Assembly: GCF_023055435.1 (NCBI RefSeq)
Contig: NW_025963879.1
Coordinates: 13,392,001 to 13,456,000, forward strand
Direction of reading: 5' to 3'
DNA length: 64,000 nucleotides
Origin: Haliotis rufescens
Lineage: Eukaryota
Shown one piece after another: positions 14,391-25,546 of the stretch. Every line of letters starts with the position of its first letter. Position 1 is the stretch's first letter. A program made the translations under genes and the position numbers. The notes below the pieces were generated by a model. The model was given only the letters and a program-made list of their open reading frames with translations. It was not told the DNA's origin and ran no database searches.

Positions 14391-14410
14391 TCCCTCTGGA
14401 TCCGCCAGTG
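14161..14410. mobile_element. MITE with ggatcc-containing TIRs and an internal (CA)n/(cacg)n microsatellite
   Basis: Ends cagcgggggatcc and ggatccgccagtg are imperfect inverted repeats. The segment is absent from the 63.3-kb copy of the host repeat. Confidence 0.7.
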
Positions 14411-14804
14411 CAAACAGACATGGCGTTTCCTTTGCCTATTGGCGATCGAATCACAACTGATATTCGGGGATCTGGACATAATACTGGGACAGTTATTATC
14501 ATCATTAGAACAATAGTCCAAGATGCCGAAAATCAATGTCTACCAGGGACGTACTTTAGGCCTTTAACAAGCGTTGGCAACATTGGATAAATTGGGGAAG
14601 CCATTGAACGGGGAAGCAAGCGGGATCACTTTCCATATCTCTGCTGATAGAAATCTGCGCCTTGGGGCGTCCTCCCGAATTAAATAACGTCGGATTTGGC
14701 CGAAATATATCCGAAAATTTACTTCGTTTTTGTTGTTGTCGCAGTTTGGGACGTCTGACTGCATTTCGTAACGTTCCGATAATGTAATGGCAAGCAGACG
14801 AAAC

Positions 14805-16828
14805 GGTGTCGTGCCGGGTTAGCGAAAATCCAATTTTCCCTAGTATCAGTAAAGCGAAAACCCAAGTTGGGGTATTTGTCCCACGAAAGCGAGAAATGAG
14901 TAATGGCTATAAAATCACCGGATTACCGTAGTTTAGATTAGCGCCCGTGCTGTTCAAACAGAGGAGAGGAGAGGAGAGGAGAGTCGTTTCTTAAGAATAC
15001 ATACATTTGATGGTATATATAAAGATTGCAACTTATTTATTTATGTCCAAAATGGCTAATGCACAAGTTCGAGTGACCATGGTTGATACCGTGCGAGGTG
15101 GTCAGCACTTGTTTTATGAGGGATTCAAGTTTCGTTGTAAGAAAACGGTCCGTGAGAAGAAGTATTGGAACTGCGTTGTTGCTGCCTGCAGAGCGTCGGT
15201 GATCACTGAAAACGGCATTCTTCAAGCGGCTTTGTAGGTAAGAAAATAATGCACATGATCATGATGATAATAATCTTAAAGACATAGACTCAAAAGACTT
15301 TGCTTAACAAACTATTCAGTTATTTATTTTACTTATTATTATTACTTATTTTTAGATACCACAGGTATTTGTCACATGTATGTATTTGTTTATAGTTAAT
15401 ATTAGTTAAAATGCAATTATTTAATTGCAGGTGAACCATACCCACCAACCTATCCAATATGAGATGGAAGTGGAATCTTTCAAGTCCAAGCTCATCCACC
15501 GTGCTAAGACGGAAACAACACCGATTCCAACCATATACGGAGATGAGATTTCCAGACTTCGCCGCCACCACGACGTAGTTCCAGACGACCTGCTTAAAGA
15601 AATTCCTTCCTTTGCATCCCTGAAGACCATTCTGCACCGACAACGCCACAAGACCCTTCCTAAACTTCCTGCCACCCGACCTGAGATTCATCTTGAAGGA
15701 CAGTTGACATTGGCCGAAGCAGGAGAACACTGCCTTCATCGCATCGACAACGACATTCTCATCTTCACCACAAGCAAGAATATTGAGCACCTGTGTGCAG
15801 CAGATGAAGTGTTTGGTGACGGCACCTTCTCCTCGGCTCCACGACTGTTTGAGCAGATCTACACACTGCATGCTGAATTCCAAGGCCACATGTTCCCGCT
15901 TGTGTACTGTCTGCTCCCGAACAAGTCCGAAAATACGTACACCAGGACATTTGAGTACAGAAGGAAGGTCTGGCTACGGACTACAAGAACGATGATGAAG
16001 TGCGACGACTGGCGAGAAGAGCCGCAGCCTTGCCTCTGCTTCCCTTGGACAAGGTCGACGACGTCTGGCTCCAAGCCATCGCTGACAGTCCCGCGGGTCC
16101 CAAGGTCGCAGCATTCATGGACTACGTCACGACAACGTGGGTGGAAGGATGCCAATTCGGACCTGAGATCTGGAACCATTTTGGTAACCAATGGCATCGC
16201 ACTAACAATAACGTCGATGGGTGGAATCACAATCTCAACAAACTTGCCAGGAAGAACCATCCGAACATTTATGAAGTTGTTACGCTATTTCAAAGAGAAC
16301 AATCCAACGTAGAAGTCGCCATTCAACGAATTGGAGCCCACTGGTCAGCACCACCCAGAAAGAGAAGATACCGGCTGATTGACAACCGTCTTCAGGCTCT
16401 GAAAGACAATCTCGTAAACAACGTCATCGGCGACGTTGAGTACACAAATCACGTTGGTGACCTGATCCACTTGGAGTGAATGACAAATTTATTATAGAAT
16501 GTATTTATGTATTTACCATATTAAAAGATATAAGTTATTGTTGTTTTTGTAGAAATTATAATGTACCTCTATGAAATATTAAAGTATTAGAGTTATTAAA
16601 TTTGTTAAATGTAAAGTACTTTTGTGCAACTATACTATACTTCAGCATCTAATAAATTACTACTGTAAATACGGTATACGCATTTCTGTGTTTTTCTTGT
16701 AATTTGAGAGTCCCGGTACAGCAATATCCCGTGTTTACTGTAGCGTGACCAGTCTTACTGTAGCTTCACGAAAGCGAAAAGATTTTAGAATTGATTAAGG
16801 CTAGGTTTCGCTCTTCCGGCCCATAACC
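14805..16828 (+). mobile_element. Defective Mutator-like (MULE) DNA transposon with FLYWCH domain
   Basis: Exon 15043-15237 encodes a FLYWCH-like YEGFKF..KKYWNC....C.A, and the intron 15238-15430 leads to VNHTH. MULE core FGDGTF..APRLF.QIYT.H....FPLVYCLL; C-terminus RTNNNVDGW. Imperfect TIRs and a degenerate TSD gacgaa(a)c. Confidence 0.9.
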
Positions 16829-17307
16829 GACGAACGTGAGGTATCATAGACTAGAGTAGCTTCCCTTTGATAAAAGGCAATTTCTCTGGCGGGCGAACGG
16901 ATGGGTGTCATAAACTTTATGTACATATGGAAGCTGTATGAAGGAAATCATTCCATTATTTTATAACGGAAACATCATGATATTTCTTCCATACTTCATG
17001 TAGTGGTTTTGAAAACAAGGAGTTTGATATTGATCATAGCATTTCAGTTCAATGAGAAAGTGTTAGTTTAAATTAACTGAATCACTTAGCCTTTTATTTG
17101 TTTGTTTGTTTGTGTGTTTGTTTGTTTGCACCCAGGAATATTCCAGCTATATGACGATAGACTGTAAATAATGTTTTGTGACTGCCATTGATATACTCCA
17201 ACAACTTTCATGTATATTTTTTATATTTTCAGATATCTTCCCCCAAAAGAGGTGTAAGCAACAGTGAGATCAGATCCATCAGAACGTGAAAGAATACATT
17301 GTCAGCG

Positions 17308-18684
17308 ATGTCGATCCATTCCATCCGTTTGCTCTTCATTGTTTTAGTGACACACTCAACCAGTGGATATCCGAACAGTAGTATCCCTTTGGAGTGGTCA
17401 AACATTTGTCAATCCGCCATTAACCTTTCAAACGTAGTCATTTCCTGTCACGTGGGTGTTGACGATACATGGGATTTAGATCACTTCCGGAACTGGTCAG
17501 CCATATTGGATAATGACACCCTTGTGTCTCTGGATGTAATGTGTGAAACTAGAGCCAGTATCTGTCTCCCCTGGCCGTACCGAGCCAGACATCTGGACAC
17601 TCTGAAGATCAGGAATTGCATCAACACGTGCTATTTCTCATACTTCAACCGACCGGAAGTGCTGGATATCCCTGACTCCCTGAGGGTGTTTGAAGGATAT
17701 GGTATGACGGAACAGTTTAACGCTATGGATATGTTGTCTGTCGACCTGAAGAGTCTCCCTCCTGCATTGGAGTGTGGACCGATGTCCTTAGAGGTATTCA
17801 TCTACAGGAACACCAAGGCTGACATAATTTACCCCAAAGGTTTTGTGCCGAAAGGGGAGGACGAGGTTACTGACAATATCGTACAAACAGCGCGGGATAT
17901 AAACAAACTTAAACACGTGTGTAACTATAGAAATATGAAGGTCTATGACGCGAGTCAGAGACAAGACTCATCGTCTGTAGGTATATACGCCACTTTCATC
18001 AACTCTCGCTTCCCCAACCTGACAACACTAAACTACTCTTCCACGGAGATACAGGCGTTCCCTTCTATTTTATTATCATGGAAAGGACGCATTGAAAAAC
18101 TACAAATTTTGGATCTGTCCCATAATAACATCTCCCGTTTTGACCTCAGAGTTCAAAGTTTTGAGGCACCAATCAGAGTTATCAACTTAACGTACAACTC
18201 CATTCAAACAATAAAAGAGGCCGAGATCGGATCGTTTCAGTCTTCCGTTGCACAAGTTGTGGACGTGAGACAAAATCCCCTGAGATGCGACTGCGCTATG
18301 GCCGACTTCAGTAACTTTCTCAGAAGACATCCGACGCCAAAAGACGCAGGTCTTAGTCTTGACTACGAATATCTTTGGGATCTCACGTGCGTTGATCCAG
18401 TCAGTAAAAGAGGAAAACAAATTAGTCAATTCTCAAAGAAAGCGCTTTGCAACCTTGATGTCGTGAATGTGGCGTCCTACCAAGCCTTCGTCGCTGTTTT
18501 AGCTGTTGTTGTTGTCATTTTGGTCGCCTTACTCATATTAAGCATCCTTTACAGAGATAATGTTAAATTGCTCATCTCCCGAAGCTGCCGAATCCTGTGT
18601 GGCCGGTCCCCCATCAACGAACAAAACATCAATGATGGACGACACAAAGACGAATCCTCAAAATCTACCCAGGAGAAACTTTAG
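17308..18684 (+). CDS. TLR-cluster gene A: TLR-like LRR transmembrane protein lacking TIR (458 aa)
   Basis: Signal peptide, Cys-rich N block, LRRs (LNYSSTEI, LDLSHNNI, INLTYNSI), LRRCT NPLRCDC...LTC..P, TM AFVAVLAVVVVILVALLILSIL, about 40-aa tail. Acceptor ttttcag|atatc at 17232 matches that of gene C. First ATG is 17308. Confidence 0.9.
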   Translation: MSIHSIRLLFIVLVTHSTSGYPNSSIPLEWSNICQSAINLSNVVISCHVGVDDTWDLDHFRNWSAILDNDTLVSLDVMCETRASICLPWPYRARHLDTLKIRNCINTCYFSYFNRPEVLDIPDSLRVFEGYGMTEQFNAMDMLSVDLKSLPPALECGPMSLEVFIYRNTKADIIYPKGFVPKGEDEVTDNIVQTARDINKLKHVCNYRNMKVYDASQRQDSSSVGIYATFINSRFPNLTTLNYSSTEIQAFPSILLSWKGRIEKLQILDLSHNNISRFDLRVQSFEAPIRVINLTYNSIQTIKEAEIGSFQSSVAQVVDVRQNPLRCDCAMADFSNFLRRHPTPKDAGLSLDYEYLWDLTCVDPVSKRGKQISQFSKKALCNLDVVNVASYQAFVAVLAVVVVILVALLILSILYRDNVKLLISRSCRILCGRSPINEQNINDGRHKDESSKSTQEKL

Positions 18685-18999
18685 AAAATATCGATATATT
18701 TTGAGTGAGTGAGTTAGTATGGTTTTACTCCGCTTAATGCAATATTCCAGCAATTTAACGCAGGGGACACCGGAAAATTGGCTTCACACATTGAACCCAT
18801 GTGGGGAATCAAACCCGGGTCTTCGGCATGACGAGCCAATGCTTTAACCACGCGCCCAATATATGTTCAATGCTTATAGGTGTGAGCACACATCTACTAT
18901 TCACTGGAATAGTTGAAACTATTTGTAAGCTTCGTATATTCACTGTTGTAACAAGAGGAAATATTCAGTTAAAACACACACTGTTAGCTCCTGAGACTT

Positions 19000-19241
19000 A
19001 AACTGCCGGGGAAAAGAAAGTATACACTTGAAAATGGATTGTTTAAAGAATTACAAATGTTGTGAAACATTACTAGGCCTAAGACAGTCGCCGAATTACT
19101 GCAAACCTACGGTCCAAAACACAACAATGATACCATTAATCTTATCAAATGCATCAGCGTCGAATAACCATTTCTCTTTTATTTCATCTTAGCCAACATC
19201 AAACATATGCATGGTGTAAACTTTCTTTTGTCACGCAGTTT
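19000..19241. mobile_element. Tc1/mariner-like MITE (about 240 bp)
   Basis: TIR aaactgccgggcaaaagaaagtatacac. Further copies at 35881-36115, about 53548-53779, 58174-58386 and 61407-61643. Confidence 0.8.
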
Positions 19242-19800
19242 TATTCAGACTGATTATAGGATATGTCAGGTATGAAAAACAGCTGTACATTTTCTGTGTT
19301 TTATATTTTATGTGTCATTTAATTGGTGTTTTGATGGTGTGTGTGGGAAGGGTTGTGGGGTGTGGCAGGAATGTGTTGCTATAATTCTCTCTGAATTAAC
19401 TTCGTCTCCTGAAATGGCTTTTTCATACTGTTGGGGCCCAAATATTGGGGTCTTCTTTTTCTTAGCAAATTGGGAAATCTAAATTCTAAAATCGATCCTA
19501 TCAAGTCACGGATATTTTCATTAGATATTCACATCCATCAAAAAAGAAACTATCCGAATCGTTTAACCGATATATAATATGATCTGCCCTATTCGCTCAA
19601 TTTATTTTAACTTTTCTTATCGTTATTTGTCTGAGAGTTTTCAGCTTCACTTTCAGCGTTAATCGAGAGCGTTCGGGAATGCGCTAATCTACCTACACCA
19701 AATGGTTAACACAATAAAAAGTATTTCAACTCTTCGTATCGTTATCACTTATCTACCGACACCACGTGAGCTAAGAACACGATGCCCTATACACATCCAT

Positions 19801-19953
19801 NNNNNNNNNNNNNNNNNNNNNNNNNNNNNNNNNNNNNNNNNNNNNNNNNNNNNNNNNNNNNNNNNNNNNNNNNNNNNNNNNNNNNNNNNNNNNNNNNNNN
19901 NNNNNNNNNNNNNNNNNNNNNNNNNNNNNNNNNNNNNNNNNNNNNNNNNNNNN
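19801..19953. other. Assembly gap
   Basis: Run of N. Confidence 1.
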
Positions 19954-20824
19954 CAAACAATCACGCACACATATACACAATCACTCACACAAACACTCAC
20001 ATACATGTAAACACAACATTGTCAAGAGATACTGAAAAGAAATTAATACTTATTCAGTGACGGGCGGTGTTTCTATGCCTTATAAAACATCGTGTAGACG
20101 TTATCTAACAGTCCAACTGAAACAAGAAGTGAATTGCTGATGTGCAATACTAACTGCCGTGCCATATCCGTATACATATAGGGAAACCTACTGACGGTGT
20201 TAACAGTTTTGAATCAAATAAAACAATTAATAGTATTTAACTTTATTAGATAAGGATTTTAACCACATATGGATAAAACGTTCATCTTCAAGTAAACATA
20301 GTATGATACCTGTTTTTGAAAAATGCGCATTTCCTTACTTCCCTATATTTCTAACGTACAGCCACGTGCAAGTTATGCCTCCATGAAAAACATGAAATCA
20401 CACGGGGTAACAATGCAGCGACATCATAGATGAAGGAATGTAATACATGTTTGCGTTAAGCAATACAGGATCGATTTTAAATCGGGAATAAATACATTTT
20501 GTATGATATAACGACGTGTTACTATTAGTCCATGAGTCTCGGCTGAATTGTTCACGACAGTACCCAGTGCCCAGCTCAAAGAATGTCATGCCAACAGAGA
20601 TACTTAAGTAAAGGTCATCTGTATTCTGCATCTCAAGTCATCATGCCCCAGTTTTTGGCGTTGTGAGCTTTACATTAACTTTGTTTCATTATTTATTATT
20701 TCCGTTTTATACAAAGACATATTGTCTTTTTCCGAACGCAGGATCTGCCCCGACAATGCTACAATCAATTTACTGTGGATTGATGTTGGCATGCAATGCA
20801 ACCTTAGGCGTGCAGAAACCTAAG

Positions 20825-20970
20825 NNNNNNNNNNNNNNNNNNNNNNNNNNNNNNNNNNNNNNNNNNNNNNNNNNNNNNNNNNNNNNNNNNNNNNNNNNNN
20901 NNNNNNNNNNNNNNNNNNNNNNNNNNNNNNNNNNNNNNNNNNNNNNNNNNNNNNNNNNNNNNNNNNNNNN
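20825..20970. other. Assembly gap
   Basis: Run of N. Confidence 1.
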
Positions 20971-22214
20971 TCACACACCACTCCATCTCACCATTCCATC
21001 TCACACATGGGTAAACCCTATATCCATCTACCCTGTCGTCAAACTTCAGCGCAATTATTCATATACCACTTCATTTTACAAGCAGGTCCAGTCTGCATCC
21101 CTGTCTTCACAATTCCTTGCTGTTATTCAATGAATAAAAGCGACAAAACACTTCCCATAATAATAAGGACTCTCAGCCAAAAATCCATTGTACGATTCCA
21201 GTACCAGCATCAGCGACCTGGGAGTCTTTCGACAACTTACACGTTCCTACTGCTGAATGCTAGTTCCTACTGTTCTTACTGTGTTCCGTTGCATCACCAA
21301 TTCAATGCTAGTGCGACGTTAAATTGTAACTCACTTGCTGTGTTGTTGGAGAATGCCGCTGACATTTGTTAATGCATTCTCTACAGAAAACGTCACTGCC
21401 GCTAGCCTAGAAAGACCAAAGTGTAAATACTTTCCAATATTTTGCATGTTCGCTTTCTAGCAATTTTTAATGCTGACTGGTCAGTTGATGCGTCATAAAG
21501 TCATTGCGATATGACGTCACCAAATGTCCATGGCGTTGCGTATTGGTACCGTTACTTTATTTCGAAAACAGGCTGACGTCGGTGAAGTTCTCTTTGTTGC
21601 GATGACGTAATGCCGACGTTAAATGTAAACTCAGTCACTTCTTCATGTCCTCCCTTAAAATGACAATGAGTATGACAAAGAACATATATATTGTAAATGG
21701 GTTGAGACTTATAATATTAGTTCACTCGGGACAAACACTTCCTCTTTGCTCGTGGTTATTCTCGTCATAAGTAAAACACATTTATTTTACTGGCACATAT
21801 GCTCACATATTAATGTACCTCTTATACATGTGCCCAATGTCTTAAGTGAGACGACATAGCAACAACGTATAAACTACAAGTTGCTGCAACTGTTCCATCC
21901 AAATATCAAATAATATTTCCGTATAACTGTTTGTGGAATGCCAACACTATAAAATAGCAAAACTTGTTGGCAGGTTGAATACATAGCTAGATAATAATTC
22001 ATTAGTGGATCAACCGATTTATTTAACTATGCAAGGAACTACATTAATTGTTTAATACATCATTGTCATAACGGTAACAGCCTTTTGATTGGTCCCTGTC
22101 ATATATCTCCTGATTCTAACATTTGTCTACATCCTGTTCTAATATAAGTCATCCGGGTCACAGCTGTCAGCAGCAGGACACAAAGGGACGGTTGTCAGTT
22201 ATGTACGACCGAGC

Positions 22215-22740
22215 TGCGTTACTGAAGAAGCAATATTAATGTTCAGTTTCATGTTGAATATGTTTACGAAAATACTTATCCTTCACCTGATGTGCTGAAC
22301 ATAGGAATAGATGATGCGTTACTGCGATATAAGAAGGAAATATTAATCTTAAGTTTCATGTTGAATATGTTTACGAAAATACTTATCCTTCATCTGATGT
22401 GCTGAATATAGGAATAGGTGATGCGTTACTGCGATATAAGTAGGAAATATTAATGTTCAGTTTCATGCTGAATATGTTTACGAAAATACTTATCCTTCAT
22501 CTGATGTGCTGTATATACTAATAGGTGATGCGTTACTGCGATATAAGAAGGAAATATTAATGTTCAGTTTCATGTTGAATATGTTTACGAAAATACTTAT
22601 CCTTCACCTGATGTGCTGAATATAGGAATAGGTGATGCGTTACTGCGTTAGAAGAAGGAAATATTAATGTTCAGTTTCATGTTAAATATGTTTACGAAAA
22701 TACTTATTCTTCATCTGATGTGCTGAATATAGGAATAGGT
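22215..22740. repeat. 107-bp tandem repeat, about 5 copies
   Basis: tgcgttactg recurs at 22215, 22315, 22422, 22529 and 22636. Confidence 0.95.
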
Positions 22741-24859
22741 AAAGCACTTATATCGCATGTGCTACACAAATTGTGTCCAACAAGTGTGTTTTTAATGAAC
22801 AATCATTACTTTTTAAAGGTAAATGTCTCTCCTTTGGAATTAGTTGCCGTCACCCTATTAAAAGTCACAGCAATAAAATGGTTAATGTGTTTGAACCAAT
22901 AAGTCGGAATCGTACAATGGACTCTTTTTTTTGCAGAGATTTAATATGAATATGGAAAGGGTTTTGTCGCTCCTATTAATATGTTACCCGCGCATTCCCT
23001 TAAAATATATCGTTGGTTTGGTTTTAAAAATATAAAAAGGCAACGCTAGATAATATATATAGTCTCGATTTTCCGACGAGACATTCCATTGGGCGTAAAA
23101 GCAAACTTTCGGTGAAAAGTATATGAATGGATCACTGAAAATCAATGATGACACCAGGTGTTCGCGGAAAGGGTAAGCATGTCTGCCCTTCCGGTACTGG
23201 TAGCACCGCTACTAACACAATTTGCATTAAAAAATGTAAATGTTTGTTGCCTGACACAGAACAGCAGTACTCCTGTCATTCCGCCCTTTAAACATATATA
23301 TTTTCTTGTGGCTTGCATCTAAATTTGTATCGCATCTACAGACTGGACAATGAAATAAGTCAGAGAAGGAAGTAATAGGTACACACGTCATGTTTGCAAA
23401 ATTCAGATAACCGACCATATTACCTATAATAAAAATACATAATTTGGATAGTTTCATGACTTAATAAAAATGTTACAGGCAATTTTGTCAAATTATGCAT
23501 TTTCCCATCAATTTATGCAATTTAGACCCCCTGTAAATTCCTGCACACACTTGCAAGCTAACTGCCCATTGGAAATCGTGAGCAGATGCGTCCCTCATGC
23601 ATTAGAAAAACTTTTAGGTATACAGGAAAAAATGGAAACAAAGATCTTAAATAGCCTCTTTTCCTCTGGCGGCCAACTGACTACGGTGGACGTGTATCAT
23701 TGTACAGTCTACTGCATGTGTCGTAGCACAATCAGTTGTGTTTTGTGTCATTGCTCAGTCTGTTGTCGTTTATACGTATGCTATTGCACAAGCAGATGTC
23801 TATGTGTGTCATTTTATAGGCTCTTTATCTACACATGTAATAGAACAGGATGTAGTTTCTACGTGTATCTGATAACGGGTTCGAATCCCATATTAGCCCA
23901 TCCGCCATTACGCTCCTTGATCTGAGCTATCCGTGCTTGTTTGTTAAATCTGCAACATACGTCACACTGGTCTCTCCGCTCAGCAAAAGAAAGTATACCG
24001 AGTTTGTTTTTTACGTAATTGAAAAAAAAATGTTGCTGAGTTAGATTATGTCTATTTAACAACCCATCCCTGCAACAGTTAAATATGTGTCACAATAGAT
24101 TGGTTGAATAAAGACTGGGGTAAGAAATGAATGTGCAACCACATGACCTCTACCATGTTTGAAATGATGTACATTTGTGCCATAAAATGCAAATTTATTG
24201 AAATTCAAAGATAAGATTTATAAGATACCCATCAGCACTTGTGTATTATATTTTAATTTTTAAACGTGTTAAATCAAATTATTATTTTTTAAATAAAACC
24301 ATATAAAAAATTCTTTGAGTGCTGGCGTAGCGCCAGTAAAGTTCATTCTTTTTATATACATGTAAGATCACTAACTTAAGATATTTTCAGTTGAAAATCA
24401 ATAAGATGATAAAATCAACTGAGAGGTATAGTTTCTTTCGCTGGTTTACAACAGAATATTTTCCAAAGCAGCGTTTAGCATAGCTCATTCAAACTCGACA
24501 CTCATAGTGTATCTAATACGTGAATGGTCGTGGCTCGGAAGTTATTGTCCAATCAAAAACCTAAAATAGCTACAGATAATGTTTATTCTGACAAGCTAAT
24601 ACAAAGAATATTGGTATATAGGATGTACATATAACAAGGGCATTTTATTTCGTAGCGCTGGTAATATTTAAGCTTCGATTGATCCATGTACATTTGAATT
24701 AACCAAAGTTAAATTTGCCAAGTGCTGCCATGAATACGGGATAAGCACGGTTACATCACCATCGTGGACTGAATCCCAATACTGCTTTCTTTTGTAATAA
24801 GCAAGTTTTGAAAATACATAAAAACAAATGGCTTGATGTTCCGCATGAAAAAAAAGTTA

Positions 24860-25286
24860 AATAAGGGATAACGTTAAAGACACACAAAGGCCAATATAAT
24901 CATGATGATAACAGTCATTTATATTGTACAACTATGTATTGTGATCAACGAATATATTATTTTTACATTGTTACAAATCCGCTGACCCTTTGTCCTTGGA
25001 CAATAAGGGAATAAAGTGAAAGACACACAAAGGCCAATATAATCGTGATGATAACAGTCATTTATATTGTACAACTATGTATAGTGATCAACGAATATAT
25101 TATTTTTACATTGTTACAAATCCGCTGACCCTTTGTCCTTGGACAATAAGGGATAACGTTAAAGACACACAAAGGCCAATATAATCGTGATGATAACAGT
25201 CATTTATATTGTACAACTACGTATTGTGATCAACGAATATATTATTTTTACATTGTTTCAAATCCGCTGACACTTTGTCCTTGGAC
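24860..25286. repeat. 142-143-bp tandem repeat, 3 copies, just 3' of TLR B
   Basis: gacacacaaaggcc at 24879, 25022 and 25164. Confidence 0.95.
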
Positions 25287-25546
25287 TAAAACAACAAAAC
25301 CAAATATAAAACGATAACGCCAGAGAATAAACAGTCTCGATTATCTGCCGGAATATATTCCTTTGGGCGATAGAGGCAACATAGCATTAACAATTGTCAA
25401 TGGATCACAAAAAATCAGTGATGACATCAGGTGTTCGCGGTGCCCAAGTGTGTTCATGTTCAAGAGATTTGAGTCCAGTTCATCTTTCTATATTTACATT
25501 TGAATGAAACATCAATGATATGATTAGATGATTGTGATTTAGTATC

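Larger units (their letters stand above)
14030..16915. mobile_element. Unclassified dispersed repeat (about 600 bp) split by two nested insertions
   Basis: 14030-14160, 14411-14804 and 16829-16915 align colinearly with the uninterrupted copy at 63270-63890. Confidence 0.75.

Noticed and set aside
14027-14536. CV-rich and HT-rich ORFs
   Set aside because: Translation of a (CA)n microsatellite inside a MITE.
23859-24062. RRDQCDVCC resembles the PKKDQCDxC motif of some DNA transposases
   Set aside because: Too short and degenerate, with no supporting ORF or TIRs.
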